Assembly (NCBI GenBank): GCA_043753995.1
Contig: JAYUVP010000317.1
Span: 1-45,549 of the forward strand
Origin: Fibrobacterota bacterium
GTDB taxonomy: Bacteria > Fibrobacterota > Fibrobacteria > UBA11236
Direction of reading: 5' to 3'
Length of the DNA stretch: 45,549 bases
The notes beneath the pieces are model-generated. The model did not search any database, was not told the origin of the DNA, and worked only from the letters and a program-made list of their open reading frames with translations. Below are positions 37,700-45,549 of this stretch, piece by piece; positions within the stretch are counted from its first letter, which is position 1; each line of letters begins with the position of its first letter. The position numbers and the translations under genes are program-made.

Positions 37700-38932
37700 A
37701 TGCGCCTCCTCCGCTCCCAAGCCTATCCGAGCATCGTCACTCTGGCGCTACTCTCGGCCCTACCCTCCGCAGCCTATGACTTCTCCGCCGTCGATAAACT
37801 CCTGGAGGATTCCCTCGTCGCCTACGGGGATAGCGTATCCGTGGTGATACGCCAGGAAGACAAGGTTATTTATCATAAATCCCTGGGGAAGCTGGATACT
37901 ACGGTCAAGATTGGCATCGCCTCGGCAAGCAAATGGATCAGTGGGGCTATCATACTCCGCCTGGCTGAGAAAAAATTGTTTAAGCTCGACGACACCCTCG
38001 GGGCCTACTTGCCCGCCTTCACCGCCCATGGCAAGGGTTCTATCACCATCCGCCAATGCTTCTCCATGACCTCGGGCCTTTATGGCGGACGGAATTACGA
38101 CCTCCTCCCTCTCTATACCTTGCAACGTTCGGTGGATAGCATCGCCGAATATACCCCGCTGGATTTTATACCAGGCACAGCCTTCGCCTATTCTGGCAGT
38201 GGTATGCAAAGCGTGGCGCGTATCGCGGAAATAGTGACGAATAAGCCCTGGAGCCAGGTGGCCAAGGAGGAAATCCTCGATCCCTGCGGAATGACAAATA
38301 CCACCTATGACAACTTCGGCTCACTCAACCCCGCCGTGGCGGGAGGGATTCAAACTTCGACCAGCGATTATATGCGCTTCCTGGGCATGGTCATGGCCGG
38401 AGGTCGTTCTGGAGGCGTCCAAGTTCTCTCTCAAGCCTCTCTCGCCGAGATGTTTGTGGATCAGACGGGAGGCGTTCCTATCCTCTCCTCCCCTTGGCCT
38501 GGCTCTCCGGAATCTTACCCGGATGGGAAACCTCCCGGTTACGGCTTTGGCTGCTGGGCGATGTCCACGAATCCCGCCACCGGCAAGGAAGACGAGATAT
38601 CCTCGCCCGGAGCCTATGGCTCCTTTCCTTGGGCCGATCGCTGCCGCAACCTATACGGCATGGTCCTCGTCCACAATCTCCTGGAGGCGAAGCGTTCTCA
38701 TACCGTGACGCTTCAGCTTATCGCCCTGGTGCGCAAAGAAGTCGGAGGATGCGCGACGGTCGGTATGAATCCCATTTCCCCTCAGCAGGGAATTCGCGCA
38801 ACTCGAAGTCAGGGATTCCGCTTGGAAGGTTCGAGCGTCCCGTCCTTTTTTGGAAAGATGAACTCCCATGACAAGAGCCTGAGAAGTGCGGATGGGCGCT
38901 TGTTATTTCGTTCTCAGCAGGTCGATGACTGA
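37700..38932 (+). CDS. Secreted serine hydrolase, beta-lactamase/class C-like family
   Basis: Signal peptide; IASASK (SxxK), TSGL, FAYSG, SPGAYGS; tail with SADGR. Confidence 0.9.
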   Translation: MRLLRSQAYPSIVTLALLSALPSAAYDFSAVDKLLEDSLVAYGDSVSVVIRQEDKVIYHKSLGKLDTTVKIGIASASKWISGAIILRLAEKKLFKLDDTLGAYLPAFTAHGKGSITIRQCFSMTSGLYGGRNYDLLPLYTLQRSVDSIAEYTPLDFIPGTAFAYSGSGMQSVARIAEIVTNKPWSQVAKEEILDPCGMTNTTYDNFGSLNPAVAGGIQTSTSDYMRFLGMVMAGGRSGGVQVLSQASLAEMFVDQTGGVPILSSPWPGSPESYPDGKPPGYGFGCWAMSTNPATGKEDEISSPGAYGSFPWADRCRNLYGMVLVHNLLEAKRSHTVTLQLIALVRKEVGGCATVGMNPISPQQGIRATRSQGFRLEGSSVPSFFGKMNSHDKSLRSADGRLLFRSQQVDD

Positions 38933-38936
38933 GACC

Positions 38937-39503
38937 TCATTTCGGTGACGAAGATCCAATGACGGAAACCAGGCCCACCAAGGCAAGGCCAACGAAGCCA
39001 ATCAAAAAAGGCAGGAGTGCCTCCCTATCCTTGCTTGCACCTTCACGACATTCCTCTTCCGTCCCAAAAATATCGGTTATACCATCGCATTCATCGGTGA
39101 TCGAGGTATAGACCATGGTGGTTAGCAAGGTTCCCGTGCCGCCAATACCCAAGGCAACCCAGGGTAGTGCGCTGCGGCGTTTCCGCTTGGGCGGAGAACT
39201 CTTTTTCAAATTTTGGAGAGTGTCAGGTATAGAAGGACTGAGGGTACCGGGCTCGACCTGCTGGGGAACTACGACTGCCGAATCAGATGCGATCGAAGAG
39301 GCGGTATCTACCGGGGGATGAAGCCGATACTCCTTGCATTCCGCGACAAGCGCTTGATACCGAGCGAATTGCCGATTGCTCATGGTGCGAGGCCGCTCGT
39401 TTTGCACCTCGACTAAAAGTGGATCCAAACAGGGATTCGCTTCGGCAAAAACGGAGTTGAACACGAATAAGATGAGCAATGAAAGCAAGGGTATTGTGCG
39501 CAT
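38937..39503 (-). CDS. Hypothetical exported/membrane protein
   Basis: Likely start MRTIPLL; signal peptide, linker, two C-terminal hydrophobic segments. Confidence 0.65.
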   Translation of the reverse strand: MRTIPLLSLLILFVFNSVFAEANPCLDPLLVEVQNERPRTMSNRQFARYQALVAECKEYRLHPPVDTASSIASDSAVVVPQQVEPGTLSPSIPDTLQNLKKSSPPKRKRRSALPWVALGIGGTGTLLTTMVYTSITDECDGITDIFGTEEECREGASKDREALLPFLIGFVGLALVGLVSVIGSSSPK

Positions 39504-39654
39504 CACGGACCTGTTTAGGAAGGGGTCACTTTCAGCCTGCAACTAAAGCCCACCTCCTGTTGAAGGTTGTCGATGGGTAAGACGCCATCCGAGCGGAGCC
39601 GAGTAACTGCGCTCTAGGTCAATTTTGGCAGGGACGCGATTTTTAAGCGTCTAG

Positions 39655-40020
39655 CTAAGCCGACAAAACCACCGCAGCCAAGGCTAGGGCGGCAGGTAAA
39701 CCTTGTATCAGCAATATGGATTTCTTAGCGGTACAGCCTCCATAAATCGCCGCAGCCAAGATGCAAGCCAAGAAAAAAACTTGCAATTGAAAGGCGAAGG
39801 TCGCATTCGAATGCAGTAAACTCCAAAACAAACCGGCGGCCAAAAAGCCATTGTAAAGCCCTTGATTTGCGGCCAAGGCGCGACTGGCCTGAGCGAATTC
39901 CGCAGTGGTGCCGAAGGCCTTTCGCCCACGGGGGCTGGTCCAGAGGAACATTTCTAAAACCAGGATATAGAGATGCTCAAGGGCCACCAAAGCGACGAGT
40001 AGAATCGAAATAATATGCAT
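39655..40020 (-). CDS. DUF1304 family membrane protein
   Basis: HLYILVLEMFLW, LAANQGLYNGFLAAGL, QGLPA. Confidence 0.93.
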   Translation of the reverse strand: MHIISILLVALVALEHLYILVLEMFLWTSPRGRKAFGTTAEFAQASRALAANQGLYNGFLAAGLFWSLLHSNATFAFQLQVFFLACILAAAIYGGCTAKKSILLIQGLPAALALAAVVLSA

Positions 40021-40089
40021 AGGAGCAGAGATAGGAAAACCTTTGCGGATCCACTTAAAAAGAAAGCGAATCCATCAGAAATCAGACCC

Positions 40090-41886
40090 TCACATCCACG
40101 ACATCCGGCGGCTGAAATTCCCCTGACGCATATTCACCTGGATTTGGTACATGCCTAGCGGCAATTTCCATTCAGCGCGCAGCTTTGCAAAGTCATATTG
40201 CGCGCCTCGGCTACCGACCACAGCAATTCGATTGCGACCCTTCAAATCAAATACGCGAAAAACATGTTCGCCCTCCTCCGCGACGGTCAAACCTCTTGGC
40301 GTCAGGGCTATGTCAAGGTTTTTCCTTTCCACCCTCTGCGAAACGGGCACCGCATTCAAGCGGCACGTGCCTGTATAGTCGATGCGGGCGATGCTTGGAT
40401 TGTCCGTGCTATAGTCGCCTGCGGCACCGGCGCTATAATTCAGAATATACAGCGAACCTTCCGGCCCATACTTGGCTTGGACCGGACTGCGCAAGGGCAA
40501 GGGAATGAGGCCATTGTCCAGGCGCAAGGGAGTGCTTTTCACCGCGGCGGTGAGAGAATCCAAAAAAACGACATACATCGAATTTGCTTTCTCACTCATG
40601 AGCAGCCAACTATGATCCATATGCGGCGGGAATTTCACCTTGCTCCTCAAATTACGGGAGTAGGTGTATATCGGCCCACCCATAGCCACATTGGTCGGCA
40701 AGGTGGTGGCGGTGACATTATTTCCCCACCATAAAACCGGAGCGGTTGCTGGCGGTAAGGTCTTCACCCCACTATTGAAAATCGAATTGTTGGTCGGCGC
40801 GGTTTTGCTTTGGGCACTGGGAGAACCCGGCACCACTTGTTGATTCGCGTGAAAATAAGGGAAGCCGGTAAAGGCGGGATGAGTCACCAAATTGAATTCA
40901 TCGGATTGATTACCAAAATTCACTTCGCCCCAGGCCAGCCACCTTTTAGTGGGATGCACGGCAATAGAATAATTGCTGCGCGTCCCCTTCACATAGACCT
41001 CGGGGGCCACCTTGTTGGTGTCACCATAGTCGGTAGCCAAATCCGATTTGCCTTCGCTAGCGAATTGCTTGGACCAATAGTCCCCAAAATTTCCACTCGG
41101 TATTCGATATCCCTTTTCCGAGCTGTCCGGATGAATGCGAAGGACACCGCCGCGCAAGCTACGTGTATTTGACGACCCCCATTCGGCGCTATTGCTGCTA
41201 TCTCGCGTGGAAATTTGCGATCCCGTATTGAGGGTGACACTATTGCCGCTTGCATCGCGATAGCTTTCCGTGGCCGAAACGTCATTGCTGTTATTCCCAA
41301 CGGTTACCCATAGGTCGCCGTGGGCATCGAAGGTCATAGGACCGCCACAATGCCATTGATCGGTTTTGCTTCCGAAAACCGTGATCAATATTTTTTCCTC
41401 GACCAAGGCATTATTCGCCACCACAAACCGCGATAGCTTCATGATTCGATTGGCCCGGTTATTCGTGATTGGCGGCGTATGCCACAAATAAAGCCAGTGG
41501 TTCTTCGCAAAATCGGGATGCAGGGCAAGGCCCATGAGGCCATTGTCATTGAGCATAGAGCCATCCTGCGCCGTCGTGCCAGCCCAGGTCGGAAGTTTTG
41601 CGAGTGTGACGATTTTCTGCCCGTCGAACATTTTCACCGCCCCCAAGCGCTCGACGAAGTAAATGCGAACCGAAACCACACTATCGCCCTGATAAACGGG
41701 CTCCAAATCCATTTGCACGGGCTCACTCAGGGTATTGTCTCGAATGGCCGCAACCTTGCCGGCACGGTCGAAAAGTTGGGTCACCGTGAAATCGCCCGCC
41801 ACTAGAGGAGTACACTCCGGATAGGTGATTTGGGCAATCGAAGGCATGGCCGACAAGGCGCAGCAAAGGGGAATAAATTTCCACAT
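40090..41886 (-). CDS. Secreted PQQ-dependent sugar dehydrogenase (GSDH/soluble GDH family) with T9SS-like C-terminal domain
   Basis: Signal peptide; GLMGLALHPDF, HCGGPMTFD..GDLWVTVG, LRGGVLRI, YRIPSGN, YGPEGSLY; tail VFDLKGR...GMYQIQV. Confidence 0.88.
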   Translation of the reverse strand: MWKFIPLCCALSAMPSIAQITYPECTPLVAGDFTVTQLFDRAGKVAAIRDNTLSEPVQMDLEPVYQGDSVVSVRIYFVERLGAVKMFDGQKIVTLAKLPTWAGTTAQDGSMLNDNGLMGLALHPDFAKNHWLYLWHTPPITNNRANRIMKLSRFVVANNALVEEKILITVFGSKTDQWHCGGPMTFDAHGDLWVTVGNNSNDVSATESYRDASGNSVTLNTGSQISTRDSSNSAEWGSSNTRSLRGGVLRIHPDSSEKGYRIPSGNFGDYWSKQFASEGKSDLATDYGDTNKVAPEVYVKGTRSNYSIAVHPTKRWLAWGEVNFGNQSDEFNLVTHPAFTGFPYFHANQQVVPGSPSAQSKTAPTNNSIFNSGVKTLPPATAPVLWWGNNVTATTLPTNVAMGGPIYTYSRNLRSKVKFPPHMDHSWLLMSEKANSMYVVFLDSLTAAVKSTPLRLDNGLIPLPLRSPVQAKYGPEGSLYILNYSAGAAGDYSTDNPSIARIDYTGTCRLNAVPVSQRVERKNLDIALTPRGLTVAEEGEHVFRVFDLKGRNRIAVVGSRGAQYDFAKLRAEWKLPLGMYQIQVNMRQGNFSRRMSWM

Positions 41887-42061
41887 CCTATTTCACTCCG
41901 ACTGTTAAAGCGCGATTTCAAAACGGCACAAGACTCAAATCCATTCAGCCAGGTCAGGCGACTCTCCTAGAGCCGGTCCCTAAATACTACCCCGGTTCGA
42001 TTTTGGTGAGTTCGCTTGCGAAACAAATACCGTTCGCCTCGGGTGAACGTAAATTGGATCC

Positions 42062-42982
42062 ATGCCTATCACTCCCACGCCGATACACGCCTTTTTCGAT
42101 TTCGACGATACCTTGGCGGCCGGCGATAGCATTCTCTACTGGATGCGCTTTTATTATGCCCGCAGGCCGAAGCGCCGCGTTTTCATGATCGCGAACTGGT
42201 TCGGCATTTTACTTTTCCTATTTCGCCTCCTCGACAGCCATGCCCTGAAGCGTTTATTCCTCTGGCCCATCGCCTTTGAAAAGGCGGAGGAACTCGATAA
42301 ACTGGCCCAGGCCTTTGTCTTCGAAGACCTGGCCCATCGCTTTCATCGCCCTATCCTCGAAAGGCTTTGGAGCCATCATTTGCTCGGCCATCGCGTGGTG
42401 GTGATTTCCGCCAGCGCCACCTTTTATCTCCAGCATTTGAAATGCCTGCTGCCACCCGTTGACTTGCTCGGCACGGCCTTGACCTTGCCGACAACGGGGC
42501 TTCGCATTCCCCGCTATCGCGATGGCAATTTGCGCGGCGCGCGCAAAATCGATCGCTTACGAATTTTTGGCTATGGCGATGCGGGGCCGCTGGGCTTTGC
42601 CTATTCTGATCATCATCACGATATGCCTCTCCTATCGTTTGTCGAATTTCCCACTTGTGTTTTCCCCACGCCTCGACTCAAGCGCCGCGCCCAATCGCTC
42701 GCTTGGCCCATTTGGGAATGGCAAGGACGTCCTCCGCGTTGGAAGCGCCGACTGCATAAACTCGGACTTTTGCTTTTCGGATTGGAATTTTTCAGCGAAA
42801 GCACGGTCGGTATGCAGGTTCCGCCTTTGCCCGGCCAACCCTCCAATAGCGGCGAGGCCCTGTTTTTAAAGGATCATGCCATCGCACTGCGCGATCGCGT
42901 TTTGACGCGACACCCTGGCGATGAAGGCGCCCTCCTTTGCAGCCGCGTCCTGGGGCCTACCGGCCGAACTTTGAATTTGTAG
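42062..42982 (+). CDS. HAD-IB family hydrolase
   Basis: FFDFDDTL, VISAS, GARK, AYSDHHHDMPLL. Confidence 0.9.
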   Translation: MPITPTPIHAFFDFDDTLAAGDSILYWMRFYYARRPKRRVFMIANWFGILLFLFRLLDSHALKRLFLWPIAFEKAEELDKLAQAFVFEDLAHRFHRPILERLWSHHLLGHRVVVISASATFYLQHLKCLLPPVDLLGTALTLPTTGLRIPRYRDGNLRGARKIDRLRIFGYGDAGPLGFAYSDHHHDMPLLSFVEFPTCVFPTPRLKRRAQSLAWPIWEWQGRPPRWKRRLHKLGLLLFGLEFFSESTVGMQVPPLPGQPSNSGEALFLKDHAIALRDRVLTRHPGDEGALLCSRVLGPTGRTLNL

Positions 42983-43010
42983 CACGGCCTCAACCCTGCG
43001 CTAATAAACC

Positions 43011-43058
43011 TTGACTTTCTCATCCCCAACCCCTACATTAGTTGTTGGGACAAATAAT
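43011..43058 (+). promoter_or_regulatory. Sigma70-like promoter and candidate MarR operator
   Basis: TTGACT(43011)-17 nt-TACATT(43034); imperfect palindrome ATTAGTTGTTGGGACAAATAAT (43037-43058) covers the likely start site. Confidence 0.55.
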
Positions 43059-43503
43059 GGAACTGGAAAAGGAATTACAGCAAAAACGATTTGAGAGTGA
43101 AAGGCAAAAACTCACTCTCAATGTGATTTTTACCGCGGGCTGGCTGGGTTGTTTGGCCATCCGCAATCTCAAGCCGCATGGCCTTTCGCCGCAGCAATTC
43201 AATGTCTTGCGCATACTGCGTGGCCAGCATCCCGGCGCGGCCTCCGCCAATCTTATCGCCGCACGCATGGTCGACCGTAGCTCCAATGTTTCCCGTCTCA
43301 TCGAAAAGCTCCGCCAAAAAAGCCTTTTAACGCGCGCTGAAAACCCCGAAGATCGCCGCGGCATTCACGTGGCCATCACCGCTAAAGGCCTGCAATTATT
43401 GGCCCGCATCGACAAGGAAATGCCCGCCTGGGATGTAGCCCAAACCATCACCGAAGCCGAGGCCAAAACCGCTAACGCCATTCTCGACAAATTACGCGAT
43501 TGA
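43057..43503 (+). CDS. MarR family transcriptional regulator
   Basis: GLSPQQFNVLRILRG, SNVSRLIEKL, EDRR...ITAKG. Confidence 0.95.
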   Translation: MELEKELQQKRFESERQKLTLNVIFTAGWLGCLAIRNLKPHGLSPQQFNVLRILRGQHPGAASANLIAARMVDRSSNVSRLIEKLRQKSLLTRAENPEDRRGIHVAITAKGLQLLARIDKEMPAWDVAQTITEAEAKTANAILDKLRD

Positions 43504-43505
43504 AT

Positions 43506-43612
43506 TTTTCCGGGGGAAGGGTCGCGGCTCACCGGCGCCCCCTCCCCCCGCCTCGGCCCGACTGACCCTGCCCGCTGCGCTGGGTTCGGTCCGCCTCGGC
43601 ATCCCCACCCCG
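43506..43612. repeat. Two-hairpin intergenic repeat, copy B
   Basis: Same frame as 18461-18540 with longer hairpin arms. Confidence 0.45.
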
Positions 43613-43724
43613 CCTTTATGGCATTGCCCCTGCGTAACGTTTCCGTTACTCCACTGATTTCAAGACTTGCCTTTAGCGCGGTTTTAATTTTATTTGCCTC
43701 GGTACTTTTAACCCAGGTGAAAAC

Positions 43725-44072
43725 ATGATTTGCAAAACTCGATCCCTCGCATGGATCTCTTTAGGCATGACTCTTAGCTTCTCGACAGCCATGGCGGCAG
43801 CGGATTCGGCAAAAGCCGCAACCCCGGTTGCCGCACCTGCCGCGGTAGCCGCCACGGCATCCACGCCCGCACCCGTTGCCGCGGCACCGGTGGCCGAAAA
43901 ATCCAAAGGCCGCTCCTGCGACGAGGTTCAGGCCGAAATTCAGGCTAAGCTCGAAAAGAAGGGCGTGAAAAACTTCACCCTTTCCGCCGTGACGCCTGAG
44001 GCGGCAGCGGGCGGTAAAATCATTGGTAGCTGCGAAGGCGGCTCCAAACGCATTCTCTATACCCGCAAATAA
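43725..44072 (+). CDS. DUF1161 (YnfD-like) exported protein with Ala/Pro linker
   Basis: SCDEVQAEIQAKL..KGV..FTL...GKIIGSCEGGSKRILYTR. Confidence 0.88.
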   Translation: MICKTRSLAWISLGMTLSFSTAMAAADSAKAATPVAAPAAVAATASTPAPVAAAPVAEKSKGRSCDEVQAEIQAKLEKKGVKNFTLSAVTPEAAAGGKIIGSCEGGSKRILYTRK

Positions 44073-44111
44073 TTCTCACTTCCCTGGGTAGCACGGCTGT
44101 TACTCAGGGGT

Positions 44112-44145
44112 GGGCCGCATTCCGACGGAATGGTCCTGTTTTTTT
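44112..44145 (+). terminator. Intrinsic terminator after the DUF1161 gene
   Basis: GGGCC-gc-ATTCC-gac-GGAAT-GGTCC followed by TGTTTTTTT; preceded by a 12-bp hairpin at 44082-44109. Confidence 0.65.
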
Positions 44146-44283
44146 GCGCCGGCTCCCTTTATATTCTGTATTTTTACCGCTTTCGCCTGTTTTCGCAATT
44201 TCCTCGATTTTTAGCGAATTTCTGGTCACATCCATAGGGACAGGCCTTCTCACCCCCCCCTTTAACCGAGATTTTAAGCCAAT

Positions 44284-44334
44284 TAACTCGTATATAATCG
44301 AGTTATTTAGTAATATAACTCGTATATAATCGAG
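44284..44334. repeat. Tandem 19-bp direct repeat, each copy a near-palindrome (candidate operator pair)
   Basis: TAACTCGTATATAATCGAG at 44284-44302 and 44316-44334. Confidence 0.8.
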
Positions 44335-44352
44335 AAAATTGAAAGCCGGGCT

Positions 44353-45489
44353 ATGATTCCACGCCTCCTCGAAAACCGCATTCGTCAAAGCCTAAACTGG
44401 AAAAAGGCGATCGTGGTACTCGGATCAAGGCAAGTGGGCAAAACCACTTTGATGCGCAACTTGTTCGATCCAGCCAATCCGAAAGTGAAATGGTTTAACG
44501 GGGAAATGTCGGCGCATCGGGCACTCTTTACAGATCCCTCCGATCAAACCCTCAAAGTCGTGATTGGCGATGCCACCACCGTGGTCATCGATGAAGCCCA
44601 ATGGATTCCCAGTATTGGCGTGGTTGTGAAAATCCTCGTGGACTATAACCCTGATGTCCAATTCGTGGTCACAGGCTCTTCGGCATTGGAATTGGCCAGC
44701 GGTATAAATGAGCCCATGACAGGCAGGAAATACGAATTCGTATTGCACCCGATTTCCTTCGAAGAAATGACGCGCCATACGGATTTGCTTTCTGAATTCC
44801 AGCTGATTCCGCATCGGATGATTTATGGATATTTCCCGCAGGTAGTGACCCAGCTCGGCCGCGAAGAAGAAAATGTCAATGAATTACGCAACGGTTACCT
44901 CTATAAGGATTTGCTAGCCTATCAACAAATCCGCAAGCCCGCGCTCTTGGAAAATTTAGTGAAGGCACTAGCGCTGCAAATGGGCAATGAGGTTTCGTAT
45001 CACGAACTTGCGCAGCATTTGGGCCTCGACAAGGAATCCGTGGAACGCTATGTCGATTTATTGGAAAAATCCTACGTACTTTTCCGGTTACCTGCTTTAA
45101 GCCGCAATATGCGCAATGAAATCAAGCGCGGTCGCAAAATTTATTTCCATGATGTCGGTATCCGCAATGCCGTGATCAGCAACTTCAATCGTATGGATAT
45201 CCGAAACGATGTCGGAGCACTCTGGGAAAACTTCTGCATTGTGGAGCGGATGAAGACGCTTGCCTATCACCGAAAATCAGTCAATCGCTTTTTTTGGAGA
45301 ACGCATACTCAGCTGGAAATCGATTATGTGGAAGAGTATGGCGGCAAGCTTTATGGCTACGAATTCAAATGGAACCCGAAGGCAAAGGCGAAAATACCCA
45401 AAGCCTTTTTGGAAGCTTATCCTGGTAGCGAAGTGAAGGTGATAACACCCAAGAACTTCCATGAGTTCGCCATGCTTCCCGATCTCTGA
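44353..45489 (+). CDS. AAA_14 / DUF4143 ATP-binding protein
   Basis: GSRQVGKTT, IDEAQ, VTGSS, TGR, YGYFP, KIYFHDVG, GALWEN, EIDYV...YEFKW. Confidence 0.95.
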   Translation: MIPRLLENRIRQSLNWKKAIVVLGSRQVGKTTLMRNLFDPANPKVKWFNGEMSAHRALFTDPSDQTLKVVIGDATTVVIDEAQWIPSIGVVVKILVDYNPDVQFVVTGSSALELASGINEPMTGRKYEFVLHPISFEEMTRHTDLLSEFQLIPHRMIYGYFPQVVTQLGREEENVNELRNGYLYKDLLAYQQIRKPALLENLVKALALQMGNEVSYHELAQHLGLDKESVERYVDLLEKSYVLFRLPALSRNMRNEIKRGRKIYFHDVGIRNAVISNFNRMDIRNDVGALWENFCIVERMKTLAYHRKSVNRFFWRTHTQLEIDYVEEYGGKLYGYEFKWNPKAKAKIPKAFLEAYPGSEVKVITPKNFHEFAMLPDL

Positions 45490-45549
45490 CTTCTGCCCCC
45501 TGACGTCTAGGCACTCCCCGCCCCTCTCCGCTTTGACATTTTGACAGGC

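Noticed and set aside
37700..38932. Beta-lactam resistance gene
   Set aside because: The SxxK fold is shared by many esterases and peptidases, and the KTG-type triad is replaced by SPG; resistance is not supported.
43790..43900. Low-complexity GC-rich stretch as a DNA repeat element
   Set aside because: It encodes the Ala/Pro linker of the DUF1161 protein.
44284..44334. Direct repeat as a mini-CRISPR
   Set aside because: Only two 19-bp copies with a 13-bp spacer, and no cas genes.

Overview
Gene-dense bacterial chromosomal window of about 45 CDS. I see no rRNA, tRNA, CRISPR array, integrase or transposase. The gene families (a PorU-like C25 peptidase, many secreted proteins with T9SS-like C-terminal tails, recF paired with DUF721 away from dnaA) point to an FCB-group organism, most likely Fibrobacterota; this is inference. 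From left to right: a long minus-strand C25/PorU-like peptidase that runs off the left edge and is absent from the ORF track; a TetR pair; a flavin-dependent halogenase-like enzyme coupled to an orphan ACP; a polysaccharide-related cluster (a GH6-like protein, a CBM-like protein, a GH10 xylanase, esterases); purA with a structured leader; an operon of a papain-like peptidase, two lipoproteins and an outer-membrane protein; a five-gene cfa/FAD-oxidoreductase/DUF1365/DUF1295/methyltransferase lipid-modification operon resembling furan-fatty-acid pathways; recF-DUF721; a secreted PQQ sugar dehydrogenase; MarR; DUF1161; and an AAA/DUF4143 ATPase. The best candidates for undescribed biology are: (1) a secreted His-brace (LPMO-like or copper-binding) protein divergent from a multiheme cytochrome c-DUF4266-DUF3570 operon; (2) a terminator/antiterminator RNA leader upstream of purA; (3) a remote GH6-like secreted protein; (4) a dispersed two-hairpin repeat. 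All family calls come from motif recognition by eye; no searches were run.
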